64,000 nucleotides of DNA from Macrostomum lignano (Eukaryota), in NCBI GenBank assembly GCA_002269645.1, contig NIVC01000109.1:908780-972779 (forward strand). The letters are read 5' to 3'. The notes under the pieces were generated by a model. It ran no database searches, was not told the DNA's origin, and was given only the letters and a program-made list of their open reading frames with translations. Below are positions 53,655-64,000 of this stretch, one piece after another; positions within the stretch are counted from its first letter, which is position 1, and the number at the start of each line of letters is the position of its first letter. Made by a program: the position numbers and the translations under genes.

Positions 53655-55646
53655 AATGCATAAATAATATACAAGGTAAAGATCAACAAGCAGATCGCTT
53701 TTCATGGTCAAAAAGTAAATGCCTGGGAAGCTGCATTCTTGGCTTTTTACTGCAGCTGCGAAATTTGTATTGTCTTACTTGCTGGATCGGCATTCTTTGG
53801 AATGGCCAAACCGAAACACGGAAATTAAAAATCTAACAATGATGATAATTGTGGGCTAATTGAACGAATAATTAGACGCGTGGCAATATTGTGGTTGCCA
53901 TTGTCAGTCAATATATTTTTGGTGGCTTTTTTGATAGATTTCCACTTTAAAGACGTTAATTAAATAAAAAATAGCACACAAATAAAGTGAACCTTGTGAT
54001 ATAAAAAAGGACCGTTACAGTGTTAACGCAACTTTAGGTAGAAATTAGTTGAAAATATTTGAATATGTACTAATAGTTTTAGTCAAAAAAATAGATATTT
54101 TAAAAGAATGAGTTGAAACAGATTCAGTAGACACCCGCTGCTATTGTGGTAGTGCAGTTCACGGAAAATCAATCAATCAATATATAGCCAGCAATATGTA
54201 TAGACATCAAAAGTGCATAAAATTGAGTTTATCTGCTAAATTAGCCAATCAGAGCTCTTCGCGATATTACCCCACTGTTGCGAATATAGCCAAACCGAAT
54301 AGAAAAATGGCTGCCGCAAGAGCCATAATATCCGCTGGGGACATTATGACAAGCAGGCGCATTTGAGCGAGGAGACTTGCTTGCACTTGGCATAAGAGAA
54401 ATTATACAGCAGAAAACGAATGAGTCTGCTGCTTGAAATGACTAAGATGCACTTGACTTGGTCGTTTGTATGGTAACTCTGGATTGAAAATTTGCAACTT
54501 GATTTGATTTTGTCGCACTGGAACTCAGTTATTTGCACTTTAGTTGGCTATGTTGCTACTTGACTGGGGAAAGAACCTACAAAACTGCAGGTACGCCGTG
54601 GAGTGATTTAAGCCACTCTTATTGGTGATTTAATTGTTATTATCCAGATTCAGCCCATTATTCGAATCAAAATCGTTTTTGTTTAGAAATATTTAGAAAC
54701 CGCGAAAAAGCCACTGAGCATCGCGAAAATATGTAACCCAAACTGGCATGGATTGACAATAGGTCGATAAAACTTCAGACACCTGCGCATAAATGTACCG
54801 TGCGATGAAAAAAATATAATAAACCGAATTTCAAAGCATAACCATTCTATACATGTACAGGCGTCTAATATCAGCAACACTAGTTTTGGAGATGAGGTCT
54901 TTTGGAGAATGTGTGACAGTCGATTGGCACTGAAACTACACCTTTTCAGCAATTGTTTTTATTCCTAAAATCCGTCTATTCTCGAGAAATCTCACTAACT
55001 TTAAGAATTACAATCATAACCTGAGAGACTTGGTCGAAATCGATAGAATTTCGAAAACAAACTCACATCTGACATTGGATAATGAGAGCTTTTAAAAGTA
55101 GCTTTTAAAATAGAAAGCATTAGCTTCGACTCTTTAGCAGAGCTTTTACCGCTACACCCCATGCAAGACTACAATTGAAACTTTGATAAAAATTCACTCA
55201 CACGAGCTAAAATTTAAATTTAAATTAAACGGAAATAACAAATAGTGATATAGCGAATGATATTACTGATAGGCAGTAGCGTGACGAACAATTGAAAGTT
55301 ATATGTTATGCAAAGTCGAATTGACAATGCATTCGGTACCAGATGCGACGGAGCATGTAAATGAAAGTAAAATAGCAATCGATGTGAAAATGGTCAGCAA
55401 TTTAGCTGCGTCTTAGAGATAAAAATTGCCTTTATTGATGAAGAAAAAATATCAATATGATTATTGTAAAGAATATCCTTTCGAAAAGCTGAGGCTGAGA
55501 AAAATTTTGATTAAAAAAATTAAAGAGAAAATTTAGGAAAAGTTTATGAATGAAAACATATGAATGAATTTTACACCCATTCTACGCTGGTATGCTATGT
55601 ACGATGGTAATAAAAATGTTTAAAACCCGCATCAGTTAAACCACAG

Positions 55647-58600
55647 TTAGTTCAGCTCAGCATCACTGAAGCCCAACTCGAGAAGAAAAGTGCGAACTTC
55701 TTCTAAAATATTTTCGGACGCCTCAAGCGCAGACTTCGCATCCTTGCGACTCAGCGCCGACGGGTCGCTGGATCCGCCCGGGTAGCGACAGTCAACGGAG
55801 CCCTGCGATCGGGTCAAAGCGCCAGCAAAAGTCAAAAGACGACGCTGCATGTCCTGTTGGACAATCAAGCCAAGATTGTCTTGCAGCCTGTGGCTCTTTA
55901 CTGCCGGCTTGCCGGACGCCAAAACCGCCGCCTTGAGCGCTTTTTCAGCCGCCTGATGCGCTTTGTAGACAGCCCAGTTCGCTGCTAGGCGCTGATCTCT
56001 GTGTATGTCATTACCGCCGGCGCGGTGGTCGTCGCGAGCAACGCGCCAATAGTGCAGGGCGATATCGCGACCTGGCGAGACAGTGGCAGAGCTGATGCAG
56101 GATGTACTGCAAGAAGAGCGGAAAATTTTGGCCGGAAAACTGAACTCTCCACCTGATGTAGCGGCTGTTGGAGCGCGTCGTTTCCTAGTTGACAACGTCG
56201 TAGTAGAATCAGGTGAGTCCAACTCTAATAGCAAATGACCGGCAGTTCCTACGTCATCAGCATCACTTTGCCATTTTGAGAGCATCTCGCGCACAAAATT
56301 GGATCCAATGCGCGCAACTTGTGTATTTACATAATTGTGCAAGGCTTGCACAAACGATAGACTGCTGGTGCTTTCTGTTCTGTGATCAAAGGTTGCTGAA
56401 TGTCGGCCAGGACTGCAGTGCTGAACCACTCTTCTAACAGCGAGTCTGCAATCGCTTGAGGCTGGCAGCGACTGACCTTGCAGCAGCAGACGCGAAAGTT
56501 CCTCCTGAAGCGCAGCATCTTCTTCACTGGAGTCGCTTATGTCCGCCAAGCTTTCTCTCTGCTGTCTGATGTTAAAAAGTTCTAGTGCTGTACTGCACAC
56601 AGTACCATTGACTCCAACCTCAACCGTGTACTCCTGCAGCCACGAGTTACTACTGCTCCTGTCACTCCTAGCAACTACTCTAGCAAGCACGAAAGTATCA
56701 GTGTCATCATTCTCAGTCCGTTGGTGCAGAGCTACTAACTCACCGGGCTCAAACTGCAGTAGACGGTCATGCTGGAAGCTGGTAAGTTCTTGGAGTTGAC
56801 TGCGAAGCATGGCCGGAACCAAACTGCCAAGTGCAACGTCACAGCGCTCTTGCTCTGCACCTTCATGGCCAAAAGAACAAGTGGCTACATTGTCTTTGTC
56901 AAGCTCCGTTGCTATCAAGGTTAAGTCTTCAAAACGCAGCCACGTTTGCATATTGCCGCAAATATCCGTCTTAAATCCAAGCACACTAGAAACAAAGGAA
57001 TTAACAACAACTGTGAGCTCCTTGTACCATAACGTAATATAGTCATTGCCACAGTCACTGTCTGTGTGCCTCACGTAGATAGTTTTCTCAACTAAAAAAC
57101 TTTTCTTTTCCTGCTGCGAGTCAACGAATACTTTGTCATCTACTGATAATACGGACATTAAGTCATTCATGCACTGTACTTTCAGCTCGACCAGAGCAGC
57201 TTTCAGCTTGTCATGACAAGTCTCAAGGGTTAACCGACCACGACCATCCGCATGTTGAATAATTCGGACCAGTCCGTTCAACATATCAGGATGAATCAGC
57301 TTCTTCTTCACAGTCTGAGCAACTGAGCAGCCATCTATTTTACAGTGCTGACTGTTGTCTGCCAGGCGCTCGTTGACAAGTTGACTCAGTGTCCGGACAC
57401 CCAGATTGTCGCGCAGATATTTGTTTAACATATTCTGTTTGTCCGAGTTAAGGTTTGCAAATTCGATATCTATAAGCTGTACATGTAACTCGCAGTGACC
57501 TCCAATTCGCTTGTAATAGTCCGGTGCATCGTTGATAGCCAGGTTCAGCACATTCTCCATACAGAGAACCTGCTTGTCCTTATGTTTAGAGCTAGTTGTG
57601 AGATACAGCGGTGTTGTTTTCTGACTGAAATTTTGCTCATCGCGATCTAGCAGATTAGTCATAACAGATAAGCATTCGGAAACTACATTCATTTCTTCTT
57701 CTCCAAGAGCATAACTTGCGTCTGATTTTTCCTTCAAGCACTGCAGCGCATAGTATACTTGACTCATCGTAATTTCTCTGGTCGCGCCAAAAGTTTCGAA
57801 TACTTCTGAAAACTGCATCAGTTCTCGCGGACAAGAAATAATATAAGGCGGTATTTCTTTTGAACTAACAAGGCAGATGCACTTGGCGGGTAGAAGATAC
57901 TTTCCATTATCAACGATGACGAACGGACCGCGCCTTAATATTTCAAGACTTGCAAATTCACTTGATTGTAAATTTTTTTTGATATGCAGATAAATTTTAT
58001 TCATAATCTTTTTCCTAAGTTCCACATTTTCTTCTGATAGACGCACAGACAGAAAAGAACTGCTCGAAAGCAAATTATTCAAGTGCTTCTTGAAGTCATC
58101 GGCAGTGGGAACCTGGCGTACTGCAAGCTTGCCAAAATGCTGACTGATCTGCTTCACGTACTCTGGACAGATTGTGCTTGCCGTCCAGCACAGAAATCTA
58201 TTAGAGAACCGAACTGAGTCTCTAAGCTTAAGCATTTTTGATTGCTTGACTTCAAAAAGAGACTGTAGCTCATTGAGCTCATCAGAGACAACGAATGAAA
58301 TGTTTGCCAGGCGGCCCAAGCAACTATCACTTAGAGCGGAACCTGGTTGTTTTAAGTACGATATTATGGCTTCAGATTTTTTTGTTACGTCGGCCGTAAA
58401 TTTTCTCTGCCCCTCTTCTTCGAGATTTTTAGCAAACGAAAGGAGTAGGTCTTCTGAGCATTCGGAAATCAGTCCAGCATGATTTAATAGCTTTCGCATA
58501 CTTTGCTGTCGATAGTGTGAAGGCAAAAGCTCATCCTCCGGAACAATATGCTTGAAGAGTTCAACGCTGTCATCATAGAACGCACTGGCTAAACGCCATC

Positions 58601-61600
58601 TGCCATGAGCGAACACAATCTCTGTGGATTTTAGAAGAGCCAAAACATTCTTCTGTTCAGCTCTCAGCTTTTGTTCCGGCAACAACTGGGAAACTTTCTT
58701 CTGAAGCATATCGATATGTTGAAACTTCGTACTGTTAGAAAATTCAGAAAACACTGGCAAAATGAAAGCAGCATACGCACCCCATTGGTCCAAATTGGAA
58801 AAGCTCAGGCAAGTAAACAGGTTCTTTAGCTGGTTTTCTTGTTTAAGTAAAACCGTAGATTGATCCAATTTCCATAAGTGCATGTCAGAGGTGGCTATCT
58901 TAGCTGACAAGACGTAGACAGTTTTGTCGCTTACGCTGACGCATTGACCATCGAGTGTGACGAATATCGGCAACTTCTTTACAATTGTACACAGCTGCTC
59001 AACTTTGTAAGCCGACAACAAAGACTGCCAGTTTTCTTGGATGTATTGTAAAACAACGAAAGCTTGCCTGCTGCTAGGTGACTTGCTCATTAGAATACAA
59101 TTAAAAACACGGAGCATTTTAGCCGGTCGATCTACCGAGCCGCAGTGGCTCCGCAAGAAATAATTGTCCGAGTTGATTTTCGGACAATGCAGCTCATCAA
59201 GAGCAGCGAGAAGATCGATGTTTAGATTGCTGAGCGATGCACGTCCATCTACGCATAGAACACACGGCAAAAGAGAAACTGTTGCAAGTTTCGATTGAGA
59301 AGAGTCATTTGAGCCCGATTCAATAGGAAGCAAAGCTGCATTAGATAAACAAGAGAGTTTTTTTAACTCATGCGATTCAGAATGTATTTTCGATGAAAGG
59401 AATTCCCAAACATTTTTCAACCAGTCGTCAGAAACCAAAACATCACCTGTCGAGTTTATGTTAGGAATCAAGCGTCTACTTGAGCAGATTAAATTAGGGA
59501 AAAACTTGGCAAGGAGCTCACTGAAATCAGCAATTTCAAACTCTTTAAAAAGTCTTGATTCGATTGCATTGTTGTACAACTCGAAATTTTTTAGAAAAAC
59601 ATCTAGAACGAGTTTATGAGCAAACATTTTTCGAGCATTTGGATCGGAGAAAATTCGTTCTGACCATGAGGTCAGGAATGCCGCTTTCTCTGTTGAAAAT
59701 AATTCAAGGACATTGTCAGCTGCCAAGTTGAGTGGAGTTCCAGTAAGCAGTTGCACTTCATTATGCGCATCTGAGGCCGTCGTGTATGATCGCGTAATGA
59801 ATTCGATCACACAAGCGACATTTTCTGCATTCTGGAAAGCGGTTTCCTCCACTGACATTGGGAGCCCTCTGCGAAGTCTTGCACACAGTGGCCCATTTAG
59901 ATAGTTTGACAAAACTGCTGGACTCAAAACGGGAATGTAGCTCTTTGTTTCTCGACTGCAGTTAAACATGCAAAAGCGCGATATTAAATGTTCCAACTTT
60001 TTAACGATCAATGGAATACCCAACTGCATCAGCACTGGTCGCTGATTATGTATGCTCGCGCTTCCCACTAAAAAGCATGTCTTGCCGTCAACTGATTCCT
60101 CCGATGTGGCAAGTGGAAGCCAAGAAACGGTTCTATTCGCTCCAGACTGGCATGGCAGCAGAGCCCATCGGCCTGTCAGAAGCTCTCCATACAACCTATT
60201 TGCCATTTTGGTCCACAATGAACTACTTTCTCCTAGTTTTGGTAGCAAAGAGCAGTAGCAATCAAGTGAAAGGTCAGGCTGCTGTTTGATTGCGTTTAGC
60301 ATCGTTGCATAGCAGTGGGGAAGAAGTTCACATGTGAGCATATCGTTCCACTGCGTCTCTGCGTCCACTGAATGACCGCACCACAGAGCGCGCCTTGACG
60401 GGTCAAGTACAAAGCAACCGTTAATATGAACCGGTAGTTCCGTGCTTATTGGCAGTGGCAAAAGCGAGAACACGCGATAAATCTCCGTATCTCTGTGAGT
60501 ACTCTGATTAGACAGCCTGGCCGCGACGCCTACTTTTGGAAGGATTGGCCAGCCTCCAGCGGCAACTCTCTTCTCAAGCTCCTTCAGTTGAGCAGCAGGC
60601 CCATTCCGCGGCAGGCTCACACACTGAGCTATCATCCATTTTTCAGTAGCGACAGAGCCTTGTTTTTTACTGCCCAATTTGTCCGCTTTCTCGCTAATCT
60701 CCAGAGTGTAAGCAATGTGTCGCATGTCAAACTGGTCAGTGCAGCACCCGGCTGCTTCAGCGACATGCCAACGCTGCGACAAGATGCATTGAATGCAGAA
60801 AAATCACCTATTGATGTCGAGGCTCGAGCATTCGCTACACAAATCTCTGTGATCGTTCCGTCCAGGTGCACCTCCATCAAGGTAATGCGTCGGACATTTG
60901 TAAGAAAGAGCATTGTGCTGGCAATTTCACTTCGGAATTCTTCGAAGAGTTCTTCGATCATAGCGCTACTGACTGAAGAGCTGCAGATCTTGGACTTTTC
61001 CGCTTGATCAGGAGTTCTCAAGGGTAATCGAAAAATTGTGCATCCAGCCTGTTGCAGACGTCCTGGTAGGAAGCCCTCCAACGCGTCCTTGAACATTTTT
61101 TTGTGTCTCTGGGTCAGTGAATATTTAGCACCTGGAGTAGTTGTTCCGGCGAGATGTGTGTACCTGCAGTGAGGATCCAGAACACAGAAAGTATCGCCAT
61201 TGCTAATGAACTGTGGTACGTCTGTAACGTTGTACACACAGTTGAATCCAACACCAAAACGGCCAGTCTTCCACGCTTCAGACTGCTTTGATCCAACGCC
61301 CAAGCTCTGAATGCCCTTCAAGTCCGACTCGGTGAAGACAGAGTTGCTGAACGCCAAAAGTGCAGGCCCCTGCAACTCATGCCAGGAATCACTCAGCACT
61401 TGCTTTCCAGGTAGCTTGCGCTTGTCATTTACAAACATGACTTCTGTTGCTTCCGCATCGTCAGCATTTTGAATAAGTTCTTTGAAGAGCTCAATGCCAA
61501 GAGGGTAACCCCTTAGGATTCCTTCTAGACGAGTGGTAAGATTCTCGCTTTGGCCAAAAGGCTCACAAATCTGTCGGAGGGTCTGTTCTCGTTGAGTTGG

Positions 61601-63960
61601 CACTCCAAGGCGCTCGCAGATCTCATAGGACAGACACTTGTGCGTAAAATATAGACCAGGCATAGGGTCTAGTTGGCTTAACCATGGCAGATTGTTGTAG
61701 CACAGTTCTGAGCAGGGTCTCAGTGCTCCAGATCTGTCAGGTGCAAAAATCTCCTCTAAGTAAGGTACATCTTCGTCAGTATCCAGGTGACTGATTAAGC
61801 AGTTAAGTAGTTCAACGCAGCTTCGTAGAACTGTCGGTGATACCGGAGCGCTGCTGCTTTGCTGATGGATGCGCGCAAGAGCTTGACAATAACTTCTGGC
61901 ATCAAACCTTGTGGCAACGCCGAGAGCAAGTAGAAATGGTGCACACTTTTTAGGTTTTCGAAGGTATCGCAACCTGAAAAGATGAGGCGGCAGCTCTGTA
62001 TCAGTGGGTTCAAACGAGACCTGCTGTGGAAGCAAGAAGCCTCCGGTTTCGTGAAATACTAATCGTTTCCGGCTGTTCGACGTTTGAGCCTTTTTCATGC
62101 GTTTAATTTCTTCAGCAAACTGATCGCCAGAGAGGTGCCGGTAAACAGCTTCACATATATCTGCGTAGCAAAGATCTGAATCTGATGAATGACTACTGGC
62201 CAGCGACTGCAGCTGCTGCCAAGCCAGATCCCAGCTAACAGAGTCGCGCACGCCCAGTTCAACTAGCACATCATCCACATCATTAATTTTTAGACCGGTT
62301 TCGTCAAGCACATCGTAGTTTAGACCGACAAGATCTGCGAGGTGCTCGCGGAACAGATTCTGTGGATATTTCAGACAGTTGTCTCCCTTAACAGGCAGGA
62401 AAGCAATCCTAGACAACTGAGACAAAGCGTAATTTTTTTCCGAACTTTTCATTCCCCGAAGGTAGTAGAGCAGACTGCGAATACGATTGTACTGAAGCTG
62501 AGAGTTCAGCAACTTGGAAACACTTTTTGCTCGCTCCTCGAGTTCCAGTCCAGTGATGTCCGTGCGCAAGCCAAGGTTGTTCAGAGCTTTCAGTATACAA
62601 TCATCGGAGCACAGGTCATTTCGAGGAAACATCGCTGCATCTGCGGAGTCTGGTGTGCGGCAGAACAGGCTGGCAGCTCGGCACTTGGGACTAAGCAGGT
62701 CTGCTGGCCTTTTTAGGCTTCCACGACCGTCGGGTATGCAGCATGTGGTGCGCATTTTATCGCGCACCTTCTGCGTAACCAGTGCGCTGCAGGAGTCAAA
62801 CTGAAAGCCGGGCCGTCCAATCAGTTTTAAAAGAAACGAAATAAATTCTTCAAAGTGCGATCGATTACCGCGCGCAAATATCATATTCAAGGGTTCGCTC
62901 CGCCACAGCTTTTCAGTAGAATTCAGTATACGCAGGACGGCGTCTTCTACAGACAGAATGCGGCATTGAAACTCTCGACCGGCGTACTTGATCGCGGCTG
63001 CATGCACTTCAGCGGTTAACCAGACGATTCCATCAGAGACTTGGTCGATCAGACTCTCCAAGTGTTTGGCAACGTTGGTGAAGCTGCGCAGAGTTGGTTC
63101 GGCGAATTCGCTCCTGGCAAAACTAAGCCAGCTGTCGGAACAGGGGAACACGGCTGGACCATCTAATTTAAATGCCGACTTGTACAACTGGCGGGCAAGC
63201 GGCTCCCACAGTCGGCCGATCTAAAGTACATGAGAAATGGTGCGTTGGTGAGCTGACACAAATTTTAGGACTCGTCCACAGCTTAAACTACACAAAAGTC
63301 GTGATGAAGCATTTGTTAAGCACAAAATAGGTTAAGCACAAGATAGACTCAAGCATCATGAATAGCAATTACTCGTTCGGATATTTTTGAAAATATTTCC
63401 AAACGGTTCTCAAAACTCGCTATTCGAAAGTTTAGAAAAAACTCTTCCATACTAGAAAATCGAATAGCAACTCACCATTCCCTGCGGCCAGAGACGGAGA
63501 AACTTCTCGGCCGGGGCTCCATCCTTTGCCAGCAGTTCCAGGCAGCGCAAATAGGCGGGCGCCACAACGCCTGATAACAGGCAGGCGTTCCACTGGCCGG
63601 GGCTCCATTCGCCCCGCCTGTCGTCGCCTGTCGCCTCGAGCAGGTGGCGCCGGCTCGAGTCGAGCGCAAACGCGCCGTCAAAAGCACGGAACGGTGGAGC
63701 CTCAGCGCCAGATGGCAGCGGCAGGAAGCAGAAGGCGGCCGACTCGGAAGGTGCAGCTGAGCTGGCGTCATCCGGGATGCCCCCTCGAGACGGACGGCGA
63801 CCGAGCCCGCCGGTGACAGTGCCAGGCTGGGGTTGCTCGTGGCCATTTTGACGCCTCGGAGCCTCCCAGGCTGAAGTCACCAGGCCAGCGACGCTTCGCG
63901 TATGCCCAATTGTTGAAACAGTTGGCTGACACAGTTCTGACGGGCCTGCGGAGAGATTCG
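55647..63960 (-). CDS. SACS-like: Sacsin-like protein, 3' part (SRR/HSP90-like ATPase repeats, J-like domain, HEPN); frameshifted as assembled; 5' end outside the window
   Basis: Exon ending at 63476 (donor ATG|GTGAGT; FCFLPLP, FALDSSRR, WNACLLSGVVAPAY) joins in phase 0 to a giant exon 63220-55647. Motifs FGQSENLTTRLEGILRGYP...LFKELIQNADDAEA, LQGPAL, KTGRFGVGFNCVYNVTDVP, LPLPISTELPVHING, LAINDAPDY, and HEPN WAVYKAHQAAEKALKA...KSHRL...CRYPG. One-base frame change near 60740. Confidence 0.92.
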
Positions 63961-64000
63961 CCTAGGCTGACTTCACTTGCATTGTGAAGCTGCTCAGCAC

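Noticed and set aside
56213-63224. Short ORFs overlapping the sacsin-like exon
   Set aside because: Antisense or alternative-frame shadows with no recognisable motifs.

Overview
Eukaryotic (metazoan) genomic DNA with GC-rich exons, many short GT-AG introns and a very high density of micro/minisatellites. This style resembles the free-living flatworm Macrostomum lignano, but that is an inference, not a database match. Genes: (1) three tandem, identically spliced TNF-superfamily ligand genes at 2.9-11.1 kb, one apparently secreted and two type II membrane-anchored, all with a TATA box about 110 bp upstream of the ATG and two with perfect kappaB sites; (2) a small secreted orphan peptide gene; (3) a two-exon divergent RhoGAP-fold gene lacking the arginine finger; (4) a five-exon TASOR/FAM208-like gene (DUF3715 pseudo-PARP + SPOC + Arg/Ser/Tyr-rich tail), i.e. 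a candidate invertebrate HUSH-complex scaffold and the strongest lead in the window; (5) two genes of unknown function, one ending in an EEGEI ARS2-binding-like motif; (6) an intronless SLC22 organic cation transporter; (7) the 3' part of a sacsin-like gene with a J-like domain lacking HPD, a C-terminal HEPN domain and apparent frameshifts. Mobile DNA: tRNA-derived SINEs, a deleted Tc1/mariner with TA TSD, a triple nest of P-superfamily elements with 8-bp TSDs and a THAP remnant, a TA-flanked MITE, and a decayed Penelope element interrupted by an hAT-like MITE. Most long low-complexity ORFs in the track are tandem-repeat artefacts. Gene models were spliced by hand from GT-AG signals and frame continuity; family assignments come from recalled motifs, not from searches.
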